Of a DNA stretch of 33,960 nt, positions 23,485 to 33,605 are shown piece by piece. Numbering within the stretch: the first letter of the stretch is position 1; the number at the start of each line of letters is the position of its first letter. The stretch is from assembly GCF_001194135.2 (NCBI RefSeq), contig NC_068986.1, forward strand, positions 78,713,183 through 78,747,142, in the 5' to 3' direction. A program made the translations under genes and the position numbers. This DNA is from Octopus bimaculoides (lineage: Eukaryota). Under the pieces are notes generated by a model. That model was not told the DNA's origin and did no database searches. It saw nothing but the letters and a program-made list of their open reading frames with translations.

Positions 23485-25855
23485 GTATATATGTATGTAT
23501 ATACATGTATGTTTGTATATAGGTCTGTGTATCTATGTGTGTATTTTGGTTGTAAACATTTATATATTTTTCTTCAATGTATATGTCTGTGTATATGTAT
23601 ATGGATGTAGTAATATGTGTATTTGTATATATGTGTATGTATATATACATATATGTATGTGTATGTATGTATGAGCGTATATATATATATATATGTGTGT
23701 GTTTGTATATGTATATCTTTATGTTTTGTCATCTTAATCTGTATAATAATATTGAATTTGGAAAATTAATTCTTTAATGGAGTAATTTGGAATTTTGAAT
23801 ATTTTTAGTGCATATTCTTGTAGTTACTGGAAAATAAATCGTTATATTAGTAATTTAATATTAATTACATATTACAAATAAGATGTCTTCACTATACTAA
23901 ATAACTATATATATAAATACATTCGCTATTTATTAATTGATGATAATCATAACAATAATAGAAATAATGATAATAATTAATGAATAGCTTTATTTCACTT
24001 ACTCAATTTGATAACCACAATAATAATAATTATTATAATATTGTATAGTTTATAACTTGTATTCTTGTTACAACAATATTATTTTGTTACTTGTGAAAGA
24101 ATTAATAAAACTTGGATATATATTATATATAGTAATTTAATTAAAAAAATAATAATATTAATTATATTTATCGAGGAGCAATACTCAAGGCTTGTGTTTG
24201 TTTGCATTACTTAATTTTTATTTACTGATTTCTGCCTTCCAATGATTGACGAATAATCATCCTTATTTAAGTAATTTCACATCTGGTTACTTCTAAAAAA
24301 CTAGTAATATTTTGCCATCCATTATTATAGCCTAACTCTAAATCTATGGAGTATTTAAGTTTGTAGTGTTTGTAGCTCTAAATTTATCTTCATTATTACG
24401 GATTTCTCCCTAGGATAAATTAAGTAAAGAAAGAAATTTTTTGCTAGGTTTCTATTTATATTTATTACGGAATTCTCCCTCCGATAAACAATAAATAAAG
24501 AATATTTTTATTAATTACTTCAAACAATCTTTTCTAAATAAATACATTTATATATTTTTTACACGTTTTACTACAGTTTATAGATTAAGACCCTGATACT
24601 TAATTATATACATTCATATTATTGTTGTATGTTATTATAATAGCGAAAGATTGTCTTCGACATAAACGAGTATTTTCTTTTATTAAATAACTGTTTATGT
24701 TATATTTTATTAATAGTATATTATGTTATATTATAATATAAATAAGTAATTGGATTGTCAAGTATATCTCTATATTAAATTTATTTTTTGTAATTTGAAT
24801 TATACCCATATTTACGTGGTATTCAACTGACGTACCAGAGAATTAAATATTCTACACACCCCTTTGAAAGAAACCCTTTCCTTAGTTTGTTNNNNNNNNN
24901 NNNNNNNNNNNNNNNNNNNNNNNNNNNNNNNNNNNNNNNNNNNNNNNNNNNNNNNNNNNNNNNNNNNNNNNNNNNNNNNNNNNNNNNNNNNNNNNNNNNN
25001 NNNNNNNNNNNNNNNNNNNNNNNNNNNNNNNNNNNNNNNNNNNNNNNNNNNNNNNNNNNNNNNNNNNNNNNNNNNNNNNNNNNNNNNNNNNNNNNNNNNN
25101 NNNNNNNNNNNNNNNNNNNNNNNNNNNNNNNNNNNNNNNNNNNNNNNNNNNNNNNNNNNNNNNNNNNNNNNNNNNNNNNNNNNNNNNNNNNNNNNNNNNN
25201 NNNNNNNNNNNNNNNNNNNNNNNNNNNNNNNNNNNNNNNNNNNNNNNNNNNNNNNNNNNNNNNNNNNNNNNNNNNNNNNNNNNNNNNNNNNNNNNNNNNN
25301 NNNNNNNNNNNNNNNNNNNNNNNNNNNNNNNNNNNNNNNNNNNNNNNNNNNNNNNNNNNNNNNNNNNNNNNNNNNNNNNNNNNNNNNNNNNNNNNNNNNN
25401 NNNNNNNNNNNNNNNNNNNNNNNNNNNNNNNNNNNNNNNNNNNNNNNNNNNNNNNNNNNNNNNNNNNNNNNNNNNNNNNNNNNNNNNNNNNNNNNNNNNN
25501 NNNNNNNNNNNNNNNNNNNNNNNNNNNNNNNNNNNNNNNNNNNNNNNNNNNNNNNNNNNNNNNNNNNNNNNNNNNNNNNNNNNNNNNNNNNNNNNNNNNN
25601 NNNNNNNNNNNNNNNNNNNNNNNNNNNNNNNNNNNNNNNNNNNNNNNNNNNNNNNNNNNNNNNNNNNNNNNNNNNNNNNNNNNNNNNNNNNNNNNNNNNN
25701 NNNNNNNNNNNNNNNNNNNNNNNNNNNNNNNNNNNNNNNNNNNNNNNNNNNNNNNNNNNNNNNNNNNNNNNNNNNNNNNNNNNNNNNNNNNNNNNNNNNN
25801 NNNNNNNNNNNNNNNNNNNNNNNNNNNNNNNNNNNNNNNNNNNNNNNNNNNNNNN

Positions 25856-25909
<54 letters not shown>

Positions 25910-26455
25910 ATGAACGGATGGATTCTTTCATTTCCCTACAACGTAGCGACTGTTGTTTCAGCAAGGCAAATACTCGACGAGACTCGTTAGGAAGTTAGTA
26001 TATCTACAGTGATCAGGCTTAGCGAACATTAGGCTTCCTGAAACGGCGGTAGTCATACTCTAAGGTTGTGAATAAAGAAACCCTTTAGAATAGTGGGTTA
26101 TGGACCAATACAATGGAAATAACGTATTCATCCATTTCGCATATACATATACACAGAGTTACATTTATGCTTTTATAACTGTTTGACACGTATATGTATG
26201 CATATATATGTTTGTATATGTGTTTGTGTGTGTGTGCAAATATATGTATGTATGTGTGTATGTGTTTGTGTGTACGTATATATATATGAATGCATACATA
26301 TACATGTTTTTTATATCACATATATGTGTGTATTCGTGTACGCTTATATAGTTTTACCTATACGCACTTACGTATATAAGCATGAACATGCGCATGTATA
26401 TGAAGACAGATCCATTGCTGCAAGCCATTCCTCAATGCTTTTAGCACGTAGAGAA

Positions 26456-26566
26456 ATATCATGATCTGATCCCAGTTTATTAATTTAGTATGAAATTCAG
26501 GTGTCAGCGTATGCCCGTAACATGATTAAGGAGATCAGTGATGCAATGAAATAATTCTTAATCAAG
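26456..26566. repeat. Segmental duplication block X, copy 2
   Basis: 79% ungapped match to 19913-20023. Confidence 0.85.
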
Positions 26567-26980
26567 CAGTCTAAGAATAAAATCTTCCTTATTGACAAGT
26601 TAATAACACAAGGTAATATCCACCTCAGTTCCTAAACTGATCCTATTCTTCTTATGTAAGTATACAATACCAACGATTCGATAGATAAGTTGTACAATGT
26701 TGATGTAATGACTTAAATTAGTAAGGCAATTAATACTGCATTTATTGCTAGAAGCTTTTCAATCAATTTTATCGAAATAATGTTTATACAGACGGGAGTG
26801 CAGTAAAATTGTTATGCATCATATAATGCATCCCTCTAAGTTTATGATAATTTTCGAGGATTAAGTTGTAAATTCAGATCTTATTGTTTATACAGTTCTA
26901 TATTTAAGAGATGAGAAATTATGTACATTATTTACATTATTTATAATTGACGGATATTTGTCCTCATCTTGTTTGTTGTT

Positions 26981-27026
26981 AACACAACGTTTCGGCTGAT
27001 ATACTCTCCAGGCTTCATCCGGTGTC
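26981..27026 (-). ncRNA. Minimal type I hammerhead ribozyme motif (mutated copy)
   Basis: 5'-GACAC CGGAUGA A GCCUG gagaguauau CAGCC GAAACGU U GUGUU-3'. Stem I GACAC/GUGUU, stem II with one C-C mismatch, palindromic ACGU stem III; core U4 is G in this copy. Confidence 0.7.
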
Positions 27027-27073
27027 TTGGGGAAATTTCGAAACTGGGTTCTCATTCCTAAGGTATTTTTCGA

Positions 27074-27107
<34 letters not shown>

Positions 27108-27112
27108 ATTAC

Positions 27113-27152
<40 letters not shown>
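27074..27152. repeat. (GTT)n(ATT)n microsatellite inside the PLE terminal region
   Basis: Directly visible. Confidence 0.95.
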
Positions 27153-27153
<1 letters not shown>

Positions 27154-27790
27154 GCTCGCGCTCTTAAACACTACGCCATATGCTCGTGGGCAATTATGGA
27201 ATGAATTTTAGGGCTTATAAATCTAATATTCTCCTATCCTTCCTTAATACCGGTTCCCATATGCTGCTCATATCTGCACTTGGTCTGCTTAGGAGGTTGT
27301 TGTGTAATAGCATATGTGCTGCTTCTTTTAGTCTTCGTATTTTCCACTGAGGTTCTCTGTCTATTATTTTAACTTCATCCCACAGGGGGAGACGGTCTCT
27401 ATTTTCCATACATGATCAACTATACCCGATTTATCAATATCTCCTCGTATCATAGCTTTGTGATATTCCTCTACTCTTATTTTGAGGGGGCGACATGTTT
27501 CGCCTTTGTATAATCAACCACAGCTGCATGGGATGGAGTACAGGCAGTTCTTGGTCATATTCTCTTCTATTGGTCGTTTTACTCGAAGGAGATATTTACA
27601 AAGTGTTGTATTACTCTTGAATACTGTCCTGATGTCATATGGGCCGCATATCTTTCGTATATTTGCGGAAAATTGTAAATAATATAAATAATCTTATCGT
27701 TTATGTTGAACAGTAGTCAGAACACGTCTGCTCAAGCTTTAATACAAGACCTACAAACAATAAATGCCAAACTATGATTTTCCTGTTGTA

Positions 27791-27860
27791 GACAGCCATA
27801 TTTTCTTACTGTTACTGTAGTGGACAGCTATATTTTTTACCGTTACTGTAGTGGACAGCC
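27791..27860 (+). repeat. ~31-bp tandem repeat, about 2.2 copies
   Basis: gacagccatattttcttactgttactgtagtg / gacagctatattttttaccgttactgtagtg / gacagcc. Confidence 0.85.
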
Positions 27861-28069
27861 ATTGCCCCTACGAACTGGTTGGGCTTATGTCATCTCTGCT
27901 GGAATCCTCTCCCCATCCCATCATGTTTACAATATCAAACACACCTAGCTCCGTACAAATTACTTTTTTGGTTCAACAGTTTTCATTTTTCTATGTTGAT
28001 AGAAATTCTCGGAAGTAAAAATTAAGTGTCACCACAACACAAACAAAAACGAGAAGAACGAGAGGCAAT

Positions 28070-28372
28070 CATACTGCTAATAACGACGGCAAAGATGTTG
28101 ATAATGAAGATGACGACGTTGACGACAACTACGGCTAGGACTACGAAGATGTCGATGATGATGATGATAAAGACGATGAAGACGATGGTGGAGACGACGA
28201 CGGCGCCGCAAGTGCCAATGACGATGCTGCCGTCGCCGTCGGCAATATCAATGATGGTGTTGATGTAGGCGGCGGCGAGGACAACGCCAAAGACGACAAC
28301 GTAAGCAACGACGGTGGTGATGGTGCTGATGATGTAGTTTATGAAGATAATACTGACGACGGTAACGTCAGT
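28070..28372. repeat. Cryptic GAC/GAT/GGC trinucleotide array, copy 2
   Basis: Directly visible; positionally equivalent to 21056-21450. Confidence 0.9.
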
Positions 28373-28636
28373 GATGATATTGGCCATGATGCTGACACCG
28401 AAGAAACGTACTTTTCATCTGAAAAGTCCGTCTTTTATTTCGTTAATCGAGAAACTACAGTGTTGTTGTTTCATTGTTCTATAATCCATCCAGTTCTCTC
28501 TTACAAAACACCAATTCATTGCACTTCAAGTCGACATATTTCATCTCTTTGTTGACTTCTAATTGGTTGACAATGGCCGAATTTGAGATGTCTTCGGCTT
28601 TTTGTTACGAAAGGAGAAAACCAGAAAATCATTATT
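28373..28636. repeat. Segmental duplication core, copy 2
   Basis: 98.1% identical to 21451-21714. Confidence 0.95.
28479..28597 (-). CDS. Candidate terminal coding exon, unknown protein, copy 2: xEDISNSAIVNQLEVNKEMKYVDLKCNELVFCKRELDGL*
   Basis: Same signals as copy 1; single R/M difference. Confidence 0.45.
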
Positions 28637-28759
28637 GGCAAGATTATTTATTTCGATTTAATTATTTTCTTATTATTATATTTTCCTTCGTTCGAATATT
28701 GTAATATTAAAAATGAGATAATACATTATCGACCTAGATATTGAGGCCTTACAAACATA

Positions 28760-29103
28760 TATACCTACATACATACATACTTACAAACGCGCATGCATAC
28801 ATACATACATACACACATACATACATACATACATACATACGCGCATGCATACATACAGACATACATACATGCATGCACACGTACTAACAGACTGACAGAC
28901 GCACACATGCACAGACTCACGCATACATGTTCAAATATATATATAAATACATACATACATTTATATATACATATATATATATACATATGTATAAATACAT
29001 ATATATATGTAGAGGTATATGTACATATATATATATATATTTATGCATATATGTAAACACACCCAAACACACACCTCGTAATGACATACTTATGCACAAA
29101 CAC

Positions 29104-29142
<39 letters not shown>

Positions 29143-29160
29143 CATGCATAATACAATACA
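28760..29160. repeat. Compound (TACA)n/(TA)n/(CA)n microsatellite
   Basis: Directly visible. Confidence 0.9.
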
Positions 29161-29897
29161 CGCATGGCATCTATAGATGTACATTGTACGAGTAGTAAAC
29201 TCGTGTTTCGTGTGTGCTCATATAATTTATTTGATATNNNNNNNNNNNNNNNNNNNNNNNNNNNNNNNNNNNNNNNNNNNNNNNNNNNNNNNNNNNNNNN
29301 NNNNNNNNNNNNNNNNNNNNNATATATATATATATATATATATAACGAATATAATATTAAATAGGCCACGTCGTATAACTATATATAGTCATACATGTAT
29401 GTATGCATGTATGTATGTATATATATATTTCTGCGTACGCATTCATGATATAATTCTTCCGCCATTATTCTTACTATAAGATTACAAAACTTAGTATTTC
29501 TTAGAAACACAGACAGTGTTCTTTAGTATTTTCTTTCATTTCCTTATCTTGTATATAGGCTCTTTTTTATCTTTCTATTGTCTAAGTGCTTTCCGATTTG
29601 TATTTTTAGCAGTGGTTTAACTCTGTAAATAGATGTGCTATGTCTTCGATGTCGAGCAAGAATACATATTTTTCGATAATCTCTAACACAGACACACATA
29701 CACATACACATACACAAACATAAATTTGTATGGGCGCGCATGTGTATATGTTCTATGAAATCAAGATTCATTTGGATATATATGTAAGTGTTACGTTTCG
29801 AGTAGTTCTTGGTTCCAAAGGACTGTTCAAAGCTTTCAACTATAACGGTAAATGGCTTCTGCAAATAATTTTATCCCAACTAATAATCACACACCTA

Positions 29898-29964
<67 letters not shown>
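29898..29964. repeat. (CT)n microsatellite
   Basis: Directly visible. Confidence 0.95.
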
Positions 29965-29967
<3 letters not shown>

Positions 29968-30181
29968 ACACACACAAGCGCAAACTCATCACATACATAC
30001 ATTGTGGGATAATGTAATATTATCCCACAATGGTTATTATTCCTTATTTACTTTTAGAATACACACTTTGAATAAAGCCACAGCACAGTATTAGGGAAAT
30101 ATCAGGAATAAATCGCTGAGAATCTTTCCCTGACATTTTTCAATAAGTAACAAGTTTTCAATGGGAAGGCAAGAACATGAA

Positions 30182-30213
30182 GACGACGACGACTATAATG
30201 ATGATGTTGATGG

Positions 30214-30259
<46 letters not shown>

Positions 30260-30298
30260 AAATAACAACAACAACAACAACAACAATAATAATAATAA
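30182..30298. repeat. (GAT)n(AAC)n(AAT)n compound microsatellite
   Basis: Directly visible; immediately precedes a LINE 5' truncation point. Confidence 0.95.
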
Positions 30299-31549
30299 AT
30301 CTGAAAAACTCTGAGGACTGGATGCTAAAACTTGTCTTAAAACATGAAAGCAAGAAAGCATCTTACTCAGTAACAAAACAGGCAAAGGAATATCTAAGTG
30401 AATTCCAATTGCAACAAACTCAAGAATTAGACGAACTAGAAACACCTGCAGAAAAAAGCTAAGCGCTTGAAAACCCGTGCAAAAATTGCTGCCTTAGATA
30501 TTATNNNNNNNNNNNNNNNNNNNNNNNNNNNNNNNNNNNNNNNNNNNNNNNNNNNNNNNNNNNNNNNNNNNNNNNNNNNNNNNNNNNNNNNNNNNNNNNN
30601 NNNNNNNNNNNNNNNNNNNNNNNNNNNNNNNNNNNNNNNNNNNNNNNNNNNNNNNNNNNNNNNNNNNNNNNNNNNNNNNNNNNNNNNNNNNNNNNNNNNN
30701 NNNNNNNNNNNNNNNNNNNNNNNNNNNNNNNNNNNNNNNNNNNNNNNNNNNNNNNNNNNNNNNNNNNNNNNNNNNNNNNNNNNNNNNNNNNNNNNNNNNN
30801 NNNNNNNNNNNNNNNNNNNNNNNNNNNNNNNNNNNNNNNNNNNNNNNNNNNNNNNNNNNNNNNNNNNNNNNNNNNNNNNNNNNNNNNNNNNNNNNNNNNN
30901 NNNNNNNNNNNNNNNNNNNNNNNNNNNNNNNNNNNNNNNNNNNNNNNNNNNNNNNNNNNNNNNNNNNNNNNNNNNNNNNNNNNNNNNNNNNNNNNNNNNN
31001 NNNNNNNNNNNNNNNNNNNNNNNNNNNNNNNNNNNNNNNNNNNNNNNNNNNNNNNNNNNNNNNNNNNNNNNNNNNNNNNNNNNNNNNNNNNNNNNNNNNN
31101 NNNNNNNNNNNNNNNNNNNNNNNNNNNNNNNNNNNNNNNNNNNNNNNNNNNNNNNNNNNNNNNNNNNNNNNNNNNNNNNNNNNNNNNNNNNNNNNNNNNN
31201 NNNNNNNNNNNNNNNNNNNNNNNNNNNNNNNNNNNNNNNNNNNNNNNNNNNNNNNGGAAACCCCAAAATGGCTGAATTTCAAAAGATAGTGCTCATGGGA
31301 ACTGCCCATATCCTACGTAAAATACTGTCTATGTGATCTCAAATTTTAAAGCAAACACATAATTTTCTTATGGTTTCTTAAACATTCACTTGAACAGAAC
31401 TGTACAAATCCAAATATATGGTACCCTAGGCGTAACACCTACATGAACTTCTAACTTGTTTTCTCTTCAGGTCTCTGGGTGAGACTTGGATCCAACTTGT
31501 ACAAATGCAAAACAAAAGTCAAACATAAAATAATAATAATAATAATAAT
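30299..31549 (+). mobile_element. 5'-truncated R4/Dong-like RLE LINE with 3' UTR and (TAA)n tail (middle in N gap)
   Basis: Before the gap: LKNSEDWMLKLVLKHESKKASYSVTKQAKEYL (post-RT region). After the gap: GNPKMAEFQKIVLMGTAHILRKILSM*, the typical C-terminus QKxxLLGTAHILR, then ~200 nt of UTR and (TAA)n at 31531-31549. Confidence 0.85.
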
Positions 31550-32100
31550 GCCTTGATGCAGTAAAAGACAGCGGCTCTCATGTCTTCCGATCTTAATTGA
31601 TTGGAAGTGTTATAATGTACATTGTTTTGTCTTGGTATAAAATAGGCTACAACAAATATTCTGCTCAACACCAAAGATTTGCTTGTCAGTTGTTTGACCA
31701 TAAACAGTTGAGCATGTTCCTTGGTGGCTGACGATATGTGCATCTCTGATCATGAGCAGAAGTAGTGGGGGAGCATCGTAACCATGTGTTGAGAGAAATT
31801 CTTTGGGGTTTGGATGATTCACCTTTGGAAACATGGGTGTTTTGTTCAACATCCTTAAAATCCCTTTTTCAGGTACCTTTTGAGTGGGGCGGGCTACTCG
31901 ACCTGACGAAAATTCTAACTGGGCCCCAGCTGAAAGGTCATGCGCTGTTTATCTTGATAGGATATCACCATGTCATACACATATGGCTGTTATGCATGTG
32001 CCTGGTGTAACCTTATCTGACGAGTAGTCATGATGTGTATATTGGGCTTCGTATATTTTACCCTAGTGTCACTTTGATGGCATTTACTGCTCTCTCACTC
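31550..32100 (+). mobile_element. ~550-bp unclassified retroposon-like repeat ending in (AAT)n
   Basis: Starts right after an (AAT)n tail and ends ctgctctctcactc(AAT)n. Its last 106 bp recur at 32851-32956 (7 differences). No A/B box or ORF recognised. Confidence 0.7.
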
Positions 32101-32206
32101 AATAATAATAATAATGATGATGATGATGATGATGATCATGATGATTATGATGATGATGATGATGATCATGATGATCATGATTTTGATGATGATGATGATG
32201 ATGATG

Positions 32207-32261
<55 letters not shown>

Positions 32262-32276
32262 TAATAATAATAATAA
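32101..32276. repeat. (AAT)n(GAT)n(AAT)n compound microsatellite
   Basis: Directly visible. Confidence 0.95.
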
Positions 32277-32845
32277 CCTCATGGAAGGAGAAAAAATGTA
32301 AGGTCAGTTTTGAAGAGATTCGAACGCCAAGATACAAAAGACCGGTTGTTATTGATGATGAGGAGTTATCTGAAGATAGAGACAGAAGCACTTATAAGCG
32401 CAACTCAAGAACAAGATTTAAGGACTATGTGAAGTGCAGAATCGACAACACTACCGACAGTGACAAATGCAGAATGTGTGGTGAAATGGGTGAAATGATA
32501 TGGCACATCGTTAGCGAAAGCCCGAAATTGGCACAACGCGAATACAAAAGACGACATGATGATGTGGTAAGAATGATCCATTGGGAGCTCTGTGGAAATC
32601 ACAGCGCACAATGAGCAAAGCCGTTGTATGAGCACACACCAGACGCTGTCACCTAGAATGAAAATTGCAAAACACTGCAGGATGCAATGAATCAATGCGA
32701 TCATCTGACCAGACATCGGAAACCGGACGTTGTTGTGGTGGAAGAAAAGAAAGAAAGAACATGTATGATAATCGACATAGCATGTGCCGGTGACAACAAG
32801 ATCAAAGAGAAAGAAGAAAGACTGAAAAACTGTGACTATTTGAAG
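32277..32845 (+). mobile_element. R4/Dong-like LINE fragment: CCHC zinc knuckle plus PD-(D/E)xK restriction-like endonuclease
   Basis: WKEKKM*GQF (cf. WxxKxLHGQF), then DKCRMCGEMGEMIWHIVSESPKLAQREYKRRHDDVVRMIHWELC, then RKPDVVVVEEKKERTCMIIDIACAGDNKIKEKEE; stops and frameshifts present. Confidence 0.9.
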
Positions 32846-32850
32846 TTTTT

Positions 32851-32975
32851 CATGTGCCTGGTGTAACCTTATCAGACGAGTAGTCATGATGGGTATACTG
32901 GGCTTCGTATATTTTACCCCAGTGTCCCTTTGACGGCATTCACTGCTCTCTCACTCAATAACGATAATAATGATG
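32851..32975 (+). mobile_element. 3' end of the ~550-bp repeat with a short AAT/GAT tail
   Basis: 99/106 identical to 31995-32100. Confidence 0.9.
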
Positions 32976-33123
32976 TAATTTTCCGAAAACTTTGATCCAA
33001 AGCTTATCCGCTTTGCTGGTTTTTCCGAACCAGTGACGTTTACCTTAGTTAACAAATTCTAAATTACGCAAATATTAGTTACTTTAAATTTAAAATAATT
33101 AAATGAAATACAAGCACCCTTAC

Positions 33124-33335
33124 ATTGGAATAGAAGTTAATTGTAATGATACAAGTTTGCTAGTATTGTACCGTACAAGTACAAATCTGTGTGAGGTCCC
33201 AGCAAACTCGTCTGGTGGCAGGAGGGATTTTGAAGTTCCTGCTCCTAAATTAATGCGGATTATAAGAGATTCCATATCACGAATGTCCGGAAAGTCGGTG
33301 TTGTACATGTAGGCACTGGTGCGAATCAGATACCA
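33124..33335 (-). CDS. Candidate internal coding exon, unknown protein, loosely PEBP-like: WYLIRTSAYMYNTDFPDIRDMESLIIRINLGAGTSKSLLPPDEFAGTSHRFVLVRYNTSKLVSLQLTSIP
   Basis: Strong acceptor (cttaatctattctccag) with an in-frame TAA 15 nt upstream. Only one of three frames is open. Donor AT|GTAAGG at 33124/33123, or stop TAA at 33120. Visibly more GC-rich than its flanks and not repeat-like. Confidence 0.5.
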
Positions 33336-33605
33336 CTGGAGAATAGATTAAGACTTGCAAGAGATTTCGGTTAAAATATGTGAGTTAAAACTAAATCGAT
33401 TTACACGAAATAATAAGATTAAGCATTTTCTATTGATATAGAACCATCACAGATAGGACCACAAAATACCACAACGGGAGATATGCAATTCCAAGCTGTG
33501 GATTGTACAAAATAAACTATACCTCAAACAAACAGATGCATACATGCATACACTCATTCACATATGTATGTATCTATGTATGTAAGCATGTATGTATATA
33601 TATAT

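Larger units (their letters stand above)
26892..27692 (-). mobile_element. 5'-truncated Penelope-like element: GIY-YIG endonuclease end plus terminal repeat carrying a hammerhead motif
   Basis: Minus strand reads SANIRKICGPYDIRTVFKSNTTL...KNCLYSIPCSCG*LYKGETCRPLKIRVEEYHKA...KSGIVDHVW, then after a frameshift WDEVKIIDREPQWKIRRLKEAAHM...SSIWEPVL* (stop at 27215). This is a typical PLE GIY-YIG. It is followed by an A-box-like tggcgtagtg, (AAT/AAC)n and the hammerhead motif. Confidence 0.9.

Noticed and set aside
23760-24890. Very AT-rich 1.1-kb tract with a ~30-bp doublet (24391 and 24461)
   Set aside because: No coding trace or defined termini; low-complexity intergenic or intronic DNA.
29544-29630. 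Minus-strand acceptor tctatttacag as the missing middle exon
   Set aside because: The compatible frame ends in a stop (VKPLLKIQ...YTR*) with no donor, so it cannot link the two candidate exons.
2579-31336. Long ORFs full of X (2579-3386, 18435-18894, 22481-23650, 24823-25990, 30436-31336)
   Set aside because: They are open only because N runs contain no stop codons. The real residues flanking the 30505-31255 gap belong to the LINE, and those after the 2609-3248 gap to the PLE fragment.
4256-32956. Direct repeats as CRISPR-like arrays or LTR pairs
   Set aside because: Only two copies each, no regular spacers, no TG...CA ends or PBS; the context is eukaryotic.
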